The notes under the pieces are model-generated. The model was not told where the DNA came from and did no database searches. It saw nothing but the letters and a program-made list of their open reading frames with translations. A program made the position numbers and the translations under genes. A DNA stretch of 64,000 nucleotides, taken from the human T2T-CHM13v2.0 reference genome, Homo sapiens. The DNA lies in the NCBI RefSeq assembly GCF_009914755.1, contig NC_060925.1. One strand, 5' to 3'. Positions 1 to 25,755 of this stretch are shown here, piece after piece (positions within the stretch are counted from its first letter, which is position 1; each line of letters opens with the position of its first letter).

Positions 1-210
1 CATCTGGCTGCACTGTGGGTCTGAGTTGTAGCAGAGAGATCCCCATCCATTGTTCTTCTTCTCCCCCACCTCTCTTTTTTTAAAAAAAGGGGACAAGTAT
101 GAAAGCTTCTTTACATGATATATATAAAGAATTTTTTTTTTGCCATCAATAAGAAATTTAATTATTTTTTAAAAATCCAAATGCTGGCATTGCCAGAAAA
201 ATTTAACAGG

Positions 211-517
<307 letters not shown>

Positions 518-570
518 TAACGGGCTTCTTTTTATCCCTGCAGTTATACTAAAAATTCACACACGCATGA

Positions 571-1134
<564 letters not shown>

Positions 1135-2255
1135 TCAAAAAGGCCAACGAGATAGGCCTCACTTACTTCTTGCAAAGCACCAATAGCTGCACTTTGGAAG
1201 TGCCAATCTGTTTTTAAGTCCTGAGCAATTTGTTGCACCAGACGCTGGAAGGGAGGTTTGCGAATCAGTTTAGTGGACTTCTGATAACGTCTGATTTCAC
1301 CGAGTGCCACAGTACCAGGCCTGTAATGATGAGGTTTCTTCACCCCTGCAGTAGAGGGCACACTCTTGCGAGCAGCTTTTATAGCCAGTTGCTTCCTGGA
1401 TGCTTTACCAGTGGTTCATTTCGGGCAGTCAGCTTTGTACTAGCCATGGTATAGAGACCTCCTTACTTACCCTCCTTCTTTGGGTGGAACTCTGCCAGCT
1501 AGAGGTGGTGCTGGTGATAGAGAGGGGCAGCAGTGCTGGAACACCTAAATAAATGTTTTGGTTTGGGGGCAAGTACTCTAAGCTTAGGTGCCGGTTGTTT
1601 AGGGGAATTCTGGGAAATACCTGCTGTCAACACCTGGAGACCTTCTCTTTCATCCCATAAGTTGTTAGGCACAGTCCTTTTCCTAGGGAGCCTCCCCAAC
1701 TCAATTCCTGCTACGTTGTTGCCAGGCAACCCAAAAGGAGTTACTGTGTTTATTCCTTAGATGTTCCTGCTTATTACCATAAGTAATATTATGGGGAAAT
1801 CCAGTGCATATATATTTAGATTTTGCTTCAACTTTTTTTTTGTTTTCTTTTTTCTCTTTCTAACTATTCCTTCAACATCAACTCTGATTATTCAACTCAA
1901 TACTTAAATGTTATACAAGGAATCAGAGCATGTCTGTTCTCCAAAAGGAAGGTTCAAGAGATTTGATTAATTGCAGTGGTTCTCAGGGCAGACATTATTC
2001 ATTTAATGTTTATCTTCTGCGTTGTTAAATGTTCTCCTCTCAATTGATGCCTCCAAATAGTTTCTGCCTGTCTTTGAAGTGGGAGATGCTTTGATCAGCT
2101 TTCTCTATATTTTTTGACCAATTTCTTTTATTTCATTAAAAAATTTGAAATTACTTTAGTGTGTGTATAATATTTTGATTATAAAATGGTAATACTGAGG
2201 TAAAGTTAATGATGTTTGAAATTAACTCTGGGGATTGACTAGTAATAAGAAATCT

Positions 2256-2462
2256 GGCCGGGCATGGTGACTCACGCCTGTAATCCCAACACGTTGAGAG
2301 GCCGAGGTGGGCGGAGCACCTGAAGCTAACTTTTGTATTTTTAGTAAAGATGGGGTTTCACCCTGTTGTCCAGGCTGGTCTTGAACTCCTGACCTCGGGT
2401 GATCCACCCGCCTCGGCCTCCCAAAGTGCTAGGATTACAGGCGTGAGCCACCGTGTCTGGCC
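2256..2462. mobile_element. Fused inverted Alu left-arm fragments (+ 2256-2323, - 2324-2462)
   Basis: GGCCGGGCATGGTG...CACCTGA joined directly to an antisense Alu left arm. Confidence 0.85.
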
Positions 2463-2694
2463 TGCTGTTAGCATTTAAAGGAGGTACAGAGTACCAGCTA
2501 AACATACCTTTTTGTAACTCATTCTTTCCCACTGATTATAAGAGCAATGCATGTGTTTTATTGTAACGAATAATTATATACTAATGAAAACAAAATTTTG
2601 ACCCAGACCTAGTCACTATTAGTATCTTGGTGTTATTCTATTTTAGCATTTTTCCCCTATGGCTATATGGGATCACATTTGTAGTTTTGTATCC

Positions 2695-2866
2695 TATTTA
2701 TTTATTTATTTAGATATTTTTAAGGACAACATCTCACTATGCTGCCCAGGCTGGAGTGCAGTGGCTATTCACAGGTCCAGTCATAGTACACTCCACCTCA
2801 AACTCCTGGGCTCAAGCAGTCCTCCTGAGTAGCTGGGACTACAGGTACTCGCCACTGTGCACAGCT
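2695..2866 (-). mobile_element. FAM-like free Alu monomer
   Basis: Contains the 7SL-derived GTGGCTATTCACAGG segment that dimeric Alus lack. Confidence 0.7.
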
Positions 2867-2919
2867 TGTATCCTAATTTCTGAAATTTATTTTTTCATGA
2901 GCATTTCTCCTTCTACTTA

Positions 2920-4787
<1,868 letters not shown>

Positions 4788-5524
4788 ATGAAGAGTGGCT
4801 TATAATTCTCAGGCCTGTTCCCCATGGACAACTTCTTTTAACTCGTTTTGCTTTCGTTCTTCTGGTGATTATCTAAATACTTCAAGTTTTTGATTTGTCA
4901 GTTTTAGATGTCTGTTTGCTGCTCACTGTCATAAATGAGGATTTAGCTCACACTTTTTTTTCAACCTCACTGTCCTCTTTCCAGTTTACTTACATAATTT
5001 TTCTCATTTACTTACATAATTTTTCTCAGTTCCTCTACTAGTTATTTCTGCCACTTTTGATAGCATCCTTAAGCTCTCTTTCTTGTTCCATAGACAGAGT
5101 CACCTCTTGATCTTTTCTTTGTAAGATGAGCACATTAGTGCTATCTGCTCCCAGTAATGACAGTCTTTCTCATTTTACCCTCTAGATGTGCAGTGGAGCT
5201 ACAGGGATGAATAAGACAAGGGACAAGGACCTTGTCATTAAGGAGCTGTAAGACTCTTCAGATTTAATGTAGATAGATGTGAAGTTATAACAGAAAGTGT
5301 TAAGTACCAAAAAGGAGATACGGAAAAGTGATGCAGTAGCTTAGAGGAAAAAATGATTACTTCTGAAAGTAGAGATGTGACATGATTTGATGAAGGATTT
5401 GTCATTTGAATTGAGCATAGACTATATAGAGGTAGTTTACTTTGAGAAAACTCTAAACTTAATTTTCACTCTCCTAAAACAAATACTTAAAGCACTTTTT
5501 GATAAAAACCTTTCGTTTTTATAG

Positions 5525-5596
5525 GCAAGAAGGCTTTAGCTGATGCACAGATCCCTTATTCAGCAGTGGACCAGGCATGTGTTGGCTATGTTTTTG
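5525..5596 (+). CDS. SCP2: SCP2/SCPx exon 3 (72 nt, phase 1-1): (G)[23 protein letters not shown](G)
   Basis: tttatag|GCAAG ... TTTTTG|gtatgt; translation matches SCPx thiolase. Confidence 0.97.
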
Positions 5597-5879
5597 GTAT
5601 GTATTAAACTGTGTATTCTAAAATTTTTTTACCTAAATCTAGCAGCAACTATACAAACAATGCGGAGGCATTTGTGAATTTTAACCCTCAAAAACTCAGA
5701 ATTCATTCAATTATATTTGTATTGAAGAAAAAAGAAAAAAATCTCAGAATTCAAAGTCTGATTTAAGGGAATTACCACTATTTAAAGATTTCCCTTGTGT
5801 GTCAACCTAGTGTAATTTTTCTTTTGGTGACTATTCCAAATTATACTGTAAAGATCTTCTTTGGCCTTTTTAAAAATAT

Positions 5880-6170
<291 letters not shown>

Positions 6171-6887
6171 TCATTGAATAAATGTATTATAATTTATTTT
6201 ATCAATCCCCTTTTAATGGATATTTAAAAGTTCCAGTCTTTTCACAGAATTTAAAAAATACTTAATTGTCAAATATTGAATATATTCAAGGTATAAAATA
6301 AGATGATTTATGTATATATTGTATAATAATTGCCACAATCCAGTTAATTAGCCATTAATTACCACCCATGCTGTACGTTAGATCCACAGAACTCGTTCAT
6401 CTTATAACTGAAAGTTTGTACCATTTGACTAACATCTCTCTGTTTCCCCCAACCCCAACAACATTTTTTTTTTTTTTGTTTTTGGCAAAGGGGTAAGGTG
6501 TGTGTGGGAACCCCTACATCATTTTAAATGATTATATGATATTCTACTCTTGAAGATCTACTACAGCTTATTTAGAAGTAGTAATGATATTTTCTAATTT
6601 CTAGTTGTTACAAAAATTCTATGAATATATACAGTATTATTAAAATACTATAGTAGGTGTTACTGTAGATGAATATTTGTGCATATCTATGATTCATTTC
6701 TTTGAGATATCAAGATATCAAGAGAATTCTAGAAGGGAAACGTACTGGGTTAAAGGGATGCAGAATATATTTATTGAAAAGCAGATCCCTAACTTTCCTG
6801 ATTTTGCTGAAGACTCCTGGAGCCTGTACCTTCAGATATTCCCATCACACTGCTCCAGCATGTCTACCTTGGTGGTCATGTTACTTG

Positions 6888-7475
6888 TGTTTGAAATGCT
6901 TGTTCCTTGGTGCCATAAAGAAATAGCACTTGAACATAAATTTAATTTACTCAGCAAGGCCATTTTAACTTCCTGCAGAAAGGGTACACTCGCCAGCAGT
7001 TTTGCCACGAGAGTACACTGAGCAAAGGAGACAGGGTCATTTATAACCTGATGCGTCCACCCTACTGCTGTGTCCAGTTCCATTGGCTGGAACGGGACCT
7101 CACATTCTGTATTTGTCCTGATTGGCTAGCAACTTAGAACTTTTTAAAAGAGGCAAAGGCAGAGGAGAACAAAGGAAGGAGGAAGTAACTTGTGGAATGC
7201 TGAGAAAGGTAAAAACACCTTCAAATAAGGAAGAGGAACAGGCTATGACTTAATGCTTGCTTGGGCCAGTATAAGCATGCCAGGGCAAATATTTAGGCTA
7301 AATTGTGGGAGCTAAGAATGTAAAGTGTAATGATTTCTTTACCATGGCTAGCAGATATTTAAGAATGTTAGCACAGGTCTTTGAATAAATTTTGCTTCTA
7401 AGAGAAGTTACTATTTATTCCTAATTAAATGAGGAGGAAAGTCTTTGAAGAGGAACCTCTACTTTACTTTTTACA
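6888..7475 (-). mobile_element. Solo ERV1 LTR, LTR10C-like (HERV-I)
   Basis: TG...CA termini, 588 bp, 4-bp TSD CTTG (6884-6887 / 7476-7479); minus strand begins TGTAAAAAGTAAAGTAGAGGTTCCTCTTCAAAGAC. Confidence 0.85.
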
Positions 7476-7625
7476 CTTGGGAAAGGAAGGCACATGTGTA
7501 TTTAACATGGATCATGTTTTCCTGGAATGCCTTGGCATGCAGGGTCTTTTAAACTTTTTGAAGTTGTGGAATCTTTATATGAAAAGTAAATCATGGCCTT
7601 TAATCACTGGCATAGGTTTAAAGAT

Positions 7626-7935
7626 TTTATTTATTTATTTATTTATTTATTTATTTGAGACCGAGTCTCTCTCTGTCGCCCAGGCTGGAGTGCAGTGGTG
7701 CGATCTAGGCTCACTGCAACCTCTGCCTACTGGTTCAAGTGATTCTTCTGCCTCAGCCTCCCAAGTAGCTGGGATTACAGGTGCATGCCACCATGCCTGG
7801 CTAATTTTTTGTATTTTTAGTAGAGATGGAGTTTCACCATGTTAGCCAGGATGGTTTCGACCTCCTGACCGCGTGATCTGCCCGCCTCGGCCTCCCAAAG
7901 TGTTGGGATTACAGGCATGAGCCACCACACCTGGC
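7626..7935 (-). mobile_element. AluS with (TTTA)n tail
   Basis: Alu consensus. Confidence 0.88.
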
Positions 7936-8271
7936 CAAGGTTTAAAGATTTTTTTCTGACATTTAGGTGTTAATGAAATATTGCTTTCTTTATCATATAG
8001 CCTTAGCCAGATGGAACTGTTTTCTATTAACTGATCATTTCTTTACTTCTCTACCTCTGTATTATATAAAGAAAGTGCACATATATTCTGTTTTCAGTCT
8101 TTTTTGCAGAGTAAATGATGGTTAGTGTTAAAACTGTTTCTAAGATATTTACTGTCTTGCACATGTTATATGCTAGGCAAAGGTATAATATTGAAAAAAC
8201 CCATAATGTAGTATTATGTTGCATTGCAACTCCATAATTCTCCATATTAAAATTTTTGTTTTTCTATTCAG

Positions 8272-8403
8272 GTGACTCTACCTGTGGGCAGAGGGCTATC
8301 TATCACAGTTTGGGAATGACTGGAATTCCTATAATCAATGTCAACAATAACTGTGCTACTGGTTCTACTGCTTTGTTTATGGCCCGCCAGCTGATTCAGG
8401 GTG
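8272..8403 (+). CDS. SCP2: SCP2/SCPx exon 4 (132 nt, phase 1-1), contains the catalytic Cys94 (NNNCATGS)
   Basis: ctattcag|GTGACTCT ... CAGGGTG|gtaagg; [43 protein letters not shown]; TGT at 8352-8354. Confidence 0.98.
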
Positions 8404-8515
8404 GTAAGGAGTGCTTGTCTAGTGTACTTAAATATTGCCCCATTTTAATCATTTAATCACACGACCATCAGAGGAATTATTTTATAATGTATTTGTTTTA
8501 AAAAAGTCTTCATCA

Positions 8516-12160
<3,645 letters not shown>

Positions 12161-12255
12161 CTCACTTGACGTACTTATTTGAATTGAAGTATTTAATGGT
12201 ATTTTGTTGGTGTTTGGAAATTTGAATTTTCAAAATAATTACGTTTTCCTTTAAG

Positions 12256-12320
12256 GTGTGGCAGAATGTGTCTTGGCTCTTGGGTTTGAGAAGATGAGTA
12301 AGGGAAGCCTTGGAATAAAA
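12256..12320 (+). CDS. SCP2: SCP2/SCPx exon 5 (65 nt): VAECVLALGFEKMSKGSLGIK
   Basis: cctttaag|GTGTG ... ATAAAA|gtgagt. Confidence 0.97.
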
Positions 12321-13550
12321 GTGAGTGTTATTTTGGCATAGTTACTAAATGAGCTAATATAACCCAAAAGTTGAAAGGTGATACTTACATGTATGCATAG
12401 ATCTTGGTATTTTAGAATAGTGAAGAATCTTAGAGATAATTTTGTTCAAACTGTTTATTTTGCCAATGATGAAACTGGTGTTCAAGGATATGAGATTATT
12501 GGAATTTGAAGTTGACTTATCTATTTAATTTAAAAGCCATTCATTTATTCATTTTTTTGATAAATGAATTACATTCAATAAATGAAATTCATTCAACAAA
12601 TTGAAGAGAGTTAATAAAATGTGGGACTTCTGATTCTGGTAATGGCAAGCCAAGTTTTTTGAGCCAGTTCTCTCACTGATAACAACTAAAATATTTGGAT
12701 AGAATATGAAAAAAGAAATCCTAAAGGTATTGAAGAACTAGCAAGAGAGAGGAACTGCAGATGAGTGCCAGAGAATTAACATCAGCATTTGCAGCTACTT
12801 TTGCCTTGAAGATCTTTGCTGATCAGGCAGCTGTGAGCCACAATTTTAACAGCCCCCTGGAATGAAAGGGGAAATAGTCAAAGCTCAGGCCTTCCCAAGA
12901 TCAGAAGTTTAATACCCACATTAAATTGATACTACGTAAGGTAAACTCTTTGGGTAGGATGAACCTGAAGTAAAACTGCCCACTTCCATGAGATGATAGG
13001 GAGAGTTACCATGGCATCCAGTAAAACAGGGGAGGAAAAAAAAAGAGAAAGAATAAAAAACTCAGTAAAACCTTTCATTGAGTTAATAAATCACAGACTA
13101 GCCCTCATGTGGGATCACTGCCAACATTCTCATTATCTAAGTCGTCCAGGAAACCTCAAACCATGAATTGAATCTAAATTAGTTCCAGAATGGTAGTAAC
13201 CTAGACAAATTTTCTTCTGGAGGAAAGCACCTTTCTTCCAGGCTTTGAGAACCCTTCAAATAAAATTTTAAGGACACGCAGTTAAAGATAACCAAGGATT
13301 AAAGAAACAAGACACCACAATTGAGAACCGAAAGGAAGAAGGAGCAGTAAAAACTAATCTCTGAAGACCGCCAAAACTAGATTTATTGGATGCAGATTTA
13401 ACCATGTTTGTTATGTTTAGAGAAATAAAAGACAGCTTGGGAACCGCTTTAGGCTATAGGAAATTACAAAAAAGAACATTATTGGCATGAAAAAAAAAAA
13501 CTAAACAGAATTTATAGAAAAGAAAAATGAAATAAATAAAATTAAAAATT

Positions 13551-13830
13551 CACTCATGCCTGTAATCCCAGCACTTTGAGAGGCTGAGATGGGCGGATCA
13601 CTTGAGGCCAGAAGTTTGAGACCAGCCTGGCCAACATGGCAAAACCCGTCTCTACTAAAAATACAAAAAATTAGCCGGGTGTGGTGATATGCGCCCGTAA
13701 TCCCAGCTACTCGGGAGGCTGAGGCAGGAGAATCGCCTGAGCCCAGGAGGTGGAGGTTGTGGTGAGCCAAGATGCGCCATTGCACTCCAGCCTGGGCGAC
13801 AGAGTGAGACTCCGTTTCAAAAAAAAGAAA
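13551..13830 (+). mobile_element. Alu, slightly 5'-truncated
   Basis: Alu consensus. Confidence 0.85.
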
Positions 13831-14396
13831 ATGAGTTGAAGATAATTTTTTACTGTTATCTAAGATTATACTATTATCTAACTTATGTGATCAACCTGAT
13901 CCCATTTTCTCTGTTGAAACATTAAAGGACCTCTACCCCAAATTAAGTTAAATATATATGATAATATTTCTTAGAAACCACAAAAGTGGCACTTAATAGG
14001 CATTCAAATCAATGAGTTGTTTCCCTCTTTAAAGAATGCCTTTAAAAAGTGGTAGAAGTTAGGTTGGATCTTAAAGATAATTTAGGAGTGGGTAAGGGGA
14101 AATGAGCTCTTCCTAGATGTCAGGGAAAGCATCATGAGCCTAGTCATGGGTGTTTGAATGAATATGATATACCTAGGGAACAGTTTTAAAAACTGTCTGG
14201 ATTAGAGTGGCAGCTGGAGAAGACTGAGAAATAAGGTTGTGTAAGTGAATATATAATGTTTATGATACATGAAAAATATGTATTTTTTTCAGCAGTGAAT
14301 GGTACATATGCTGGTAACTTTTATTTGAAAATTATTAAAAATTATAGTAAAATTCATCCATAATCCCATAGTACAATTAAAAAGAAATATATATAA

Positions 14397-14713
<317 letters not shown>

Positions 14714-14720
<7 letters not shown>

Positions 14721-14747
14721 GCCCCTGGCCCCTGGCCCCTGGCCCCT
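14714..14747. repeat. (GCCCCTG) x ~5 tandem repeat
   Basis: Read directly from the sequence. Confidence 0.95.
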
Positions 14748-14896
14748 TCTGTCTATTTAATCTTGTCCCTCAGAGGTAACCAATGTTAATAATTAAGTAT
14801 CTATATCTCCTGCCATTTTCCCAAATTAATACAGACACATGTAACTAAGCATTCATATGCATATACACACACACATGTTAAAAAACCTTTGTAAAT

Positions 14897-15022
14897 TTAC
14901 TGCCTGGGGTACCCCCCTTGCCCATGCCTCCAGCTACAAAACAATTCAATTTTTTTTTCCAAAATAAAACCTCAGCTAGCTCTGCCAAAAAAACAAAACA
15001 AAACAAAACAAAAAACCACACA
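14897..15022 (+). pseudogene. Severely 5'-truncated retrocopy of the KRT8 mRNA 3' end
   Basis: TTACTGCCTGGGG..CCCCCCTTGCCCATGCCTCCAGCTACAAAACAATTCAAT..CCAAAATAAAACCTCAGCTAGCTCTGCC plus A-rich tail; 17-bp TSD AAAAAACCTTTGTAAAT (14880-14896 / 15024-15040). Parent identity recalled. Confidence 0.85.
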
Positions 15023-15169
15023 TAAAAAACCTTTGTAAATATATAGAGAAGATTAATGATATTTTACATGTTACTTTTTCAATTAACAGTTGAACACCTT
15101 TCCTGATTAGAACATATTGATATACAGTGAGCCATGACTGTGCCACTGCACCCCAACCTGGGCAACCGA

Positions 15170-17836
<2,667 letters not shown>

Positions 17837-17839
17837 TAA

Positions 17840-18762
<923 letters not shown>

Positions 18763-19017
18763 ATGGAATAGTTACTGGCACATACTGGATGCCCAATAAA
18801 TATTTCTTGAAAGAGTTAATACCTCTTTGGTCACTTGATTATTTTTTCTTCTTCCCATGTTTCCCTGTGGAGCATGTCTTAACTGATTTGATTCACATTG
18901 ACAATTTCTGGTGTACTATGTGCTTAGAATAAATAAATATCTTAATAGCACTGTAGTAGTTTTGAAAGAGACACTTATCATGTCAGCTGCTTATGAAATT
19001 TTGTTCCCCCCTCTTAG

Positions 19018-19144
19018 TTTTCAGATAGAACCATTCCCACTGATAAGCATGTTGACCTCCTGATCAATAAGTATGGATTGTCTGCTCACCCAGTTGCTCC
19101 TCAGATGTTTGGGTATGCTGGAAAAGAACATATGGAAAAATATG
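19018..19144 (+). CDS. SCP2: SCP2/SCPx exon 6 (127 nt): [42 protein letters not shown](G)
   Basis: ctcttag|TTTTCA ... AAATATG|gtatgt. Confidence 0.97.
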
Positions 19145-19441
19145 GTATGTTACAGTTAAAAAACTTTGAGGCTTCTTACTAGTTATATACATGAGATGAG
19201 AAATGACAGTTATTTATTAAGGAACTGTGGAGGATGCCAGGATATATAAGATGTAAAATGTTTTTTGAATTAAATCGAAGTAATAGTTCTTGTAGAACTT
19301 AGTCATAGAGAAAGTATTTATATATAGACTATGGTATGGGAAGTACCTAGAGTACTCTATAGCGGGAAGTTGAAATAGGAAAAATAACACAAATCTTGTC
19401 TCCTTTAATCATGGACTATAAATTATTTTTTTCCAAGCTGA

Positions 19442-19729
<288 letters not shown>

Positions 19730-19779
19730 TGAGGATCTTAAAATGTCAACCAAGAAGAGGTGAAAGATCAAGCTATTCA

Positions 19780-20600
19780 TACTCTACATTCAATATATCA
19801 GCAAGCCTTTTCTCTATATTCTCAGTCTATCCATTTCTCACCATTTCTGCTACTTTTGCTGTAGTGGCATAATTTCGCACCTGAAATTTAGGAGTGTTCT
19901 AACTGGTTTCTCTACTTCTGCTTGTGCACCTCCAGAGTCAATTCTCTACTTTATAGCCAGAGCCATGCTTTTAAAATATATCAGATCATTTCACTCCTGT
20001 GCTTAAAATTCTCCATTGTTTCTCATGACATTCAGATTGAAACCCAAATGTCTTCTTATGGCCTATGAGCTTCTACATGATCATTCCCTTCACCCTCATT
20101 AGCTCTCTGACTGTATCTCCGACCATTTTTTCTTTCACTAGTCTGCTCCAACCACACTATCCTTTCTTTCTGTTCCTCAAACACACCAAGCTTTTCTTCA
20201 GGTAGGGCCTTAGCTTCTACCCTAAGATTGTCAGAGCCAGCTCCCTTGCTTCCATCAGGTCTTTGCTTAAAAGCCACCTTCTGCTTTCTTTCATCACTCT
20301 CCTTCCCAGAACTTCCTATTCACTATCTCCTGCTTTATCATTTTATATGGCACCTATAATAATCTGACATATATCTGACACATACATATATGTCAGATTA
20401 TTACAGGTGCCATATAACATGATATATATATATATATTCTTGTTTATTGACTCTTCCAACCAGAATATAAGTTCAACAAAAGCATGGATTTTTATTTGTC
20501 TTATTTCCTGCACATTGATTGTTAACCTAGAATAGTACCTGGCTAAACCAAGGATAAAAGAAAAAAAAAAAAAAGAATAGTGCCTGGCACAAATCAGTGT
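19780..20600. mobile_element. L2 fragment
   Basis: L2-like motifs (TCAGATCATTTCACTCCTGTGCTTAAAA; AGAATAGTGCCTGGCACA); diverged. Confidence 0.6.
20343..20417. repeat. 32-bp inverted repeat (1 mismatch) with an 11-nt spacer
   Basis: TTATATGGCACCTATAATAATCTGACATATAT / ATATATGTCAGATTATTACAGGTGCCATATAA. Confidence 0.95.
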
Positions 20601-21665
20601 TGTGTAATTAATTCATCTTTAAAATTTAGAAAGACCCTCCATGACTATTCAAATCAAAGTAGTCCCCTCCTGTTATCCTCTTTCTTAGATAGCTTCATAT
20701 TGCTTCCTTCATAGCACTTAGCACTATTTATGTTCATATATTTATCATATGTGATTTTACTTGTTTAATTTTCATCTTCCTTATTAGTCTATAAACTCCA
20801 CGAAAGCAGGTCCATGTCTGCTTTGTTTACCTTGATATACACAGCCAAGCACAGAGCTTGGCATGTTATTTAACCAGAAAGAAGTTTTTTTTTTTTCTTT
20901 CTCTTCTATAGTCTGCAGCATATTTAAATACTCAAGAAACATTTATTGAATGAAGGAGTGAATTTCCATATGTATGTTATCTTATTCAGCTATCACAAGA
21001 ATCCATTATCGGAGGTGTTATTATCTCATTTTATACCAGAAGAATCTGATATTCAGACAAGTTTTTGACCAGGATGATAGGGTCAATAAGTAGCAGAGCC
21101 TATGTTCCATTCTATTTCTGTCTCACTCAAAAGCCCTTGCGCAGCCCTTTCTCCCAGTAATAGTAGCTGCTCTTTGTTGCGTGCCTCACACATCTTAGAT
21201 ATTTTACACACCAAATATAACAACTATTTTAAGAGGTAAGTGTATGCCTATTTTTCATATGAGGAACCTGAAGCTTGGAGAATTTGAGTAACTTCTTCTA
21301 ATAGGTGATAGGAGAGGGTTTCACACCCAAATCTGCCATACTATAAAACCTCCATTCTTTTCATTGTTTCTCATATAGCTATATTTAATTTTAAATAATA
21401 AAAAGCTTTTACTGTATATTAACTTTTAGTTTTCTTGTCATTCCTGTACATAGTTGAGGGACATTAAGTACTTTTTGTTAGCATTTATTATAGGTACAGA
21501 AACATGTTTTGCTTGAAATTTTCATTTGTGCTTGGCTTTCCTTTTTTCTTTTTTGACCTATTTTGTGAAGGGGAAGGAAAACTGAATATTGTAATAGCAT
21601 TTTTGTTTAAAAATCATAAATATTTTAAATTACTTAATTAGATAATGAATGTGGCCAGATTATAA

Positions 21666-24725
<3,060 letters not shown>

Positions 24726-25024
24726 CTATTTTAATGCTCTGAAACAATTTATGGAACTTTGAAACCAACTGCTTTGTAGGTTTGGTAGAATTCCTTGTGA
24801 GATAATCTGGGCCTGGTTCTTTCTTTTTGGCTTGGTAATCTATTTTTTTTTTTTAATGTTTAAACATTCTATATCCAATGGGGCCAATTTTGGTAGTCTG
24901 TAGTTCTCCAGGAAATTATCCACGTCATTTAGATTTTCAAATCAATTTGTATAGAAGTCTGAAAAGTAGTATTTTAACAATGTAAATTTTTATTTCTATT
25001 TCAATGATATTCTCCTCTTGTCAT

Positions 25025-25755
25025 TTGTTTATTTTGAGATGGAGTCTTGCTCTGTTGCCCAGGCTGGAGTGCAGTGGCACTATCTTGGCTCACTGCAACC
25101 TCCACTGTTGCTGTCAATTGCTATGGGATTGAACAAAGGGGGACAAATGCAGAAATGAAGAGAAAGACAAAAAGATCTGTTTTGAAAGAAGGGGTCAGGG
25201 GGCTCCTTGCTTCTAGTGAACAAGCACCCTGAGCTTTTACAGCCCTTCATATTTATTAGGTAGAAAGAGCAGGGAGGCAGAGGTAACTGTTGGTCCGCTG
25301 CTTGATTTATCACAGGTACACACAATTGCTTTCTTTGTACAACAGGTTTCCGATGTTCCTATAGATAATCACAAGGAACACTGTGCTTGGGGTGTGACTG
25401 CCCTCAGCACCCCTTCTGGCAGCAGATGCAGTTGTCAGTTTTCCAACATCCTGCTTTCATCCAGTTTCCTGTTTGCTCATATAGCCTCCAGTGGTATACT
25501 GAGTCAGTCACGACCCTCACTCTTTTGGCCTGTAACACTCTGCCTCCTGGGTTCAAGCAATTCTCCTGCCCCAGCCTCCTGAGTAACTGAGACTACAGGT
25601 GCGTGCCACCATGCCTGGCTAATTTTTTGTATTTTTAGTAGAGATGGCGTTTCTCCATGTTGGTCAGGCTGGTCTCTAACTCCTGACCTCAGGTGATCGG
25701 CCCGTCTTGGCCTCCCAAAGTGCCAGATTACAGGTGTTAGCCACCACGCCGGCCT
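25025..25755 (-). mobile_element. AluS split by an LTR3 insertion
   Basis: Alu runs to ...CACTGCAACCTCCAC and resumes at 25538 with CTCTGCCTCCTGGGTTCAAG. Confidence 0.9.
25106..25537 (-). mobile_element. Solo LTR3 (HERV-K HML-6)
   Basis: 432 bp, TG...CA termini, minus strand starts TGTTACAGGCCAAAAGAGTGAGGGTCGTG; 6-bp TSD CTCCAC / CTCTGC. Confidence 0.88.

Noticed and set aside
4985-5028. 22-bp perfect tandem duplication (similar 11-13 bp ones near 61089 and 61557)
   Set aside because: Ordinary slippage events with no functional indication.
8401-8409. Tandem GT donors at the exon 4 3' end (GTG|GTAAGG)
   Set aside because: The upstream GTGGTA is a weak donor, and the downstream GTAAGG gives the expected QGGVAEC sequence.
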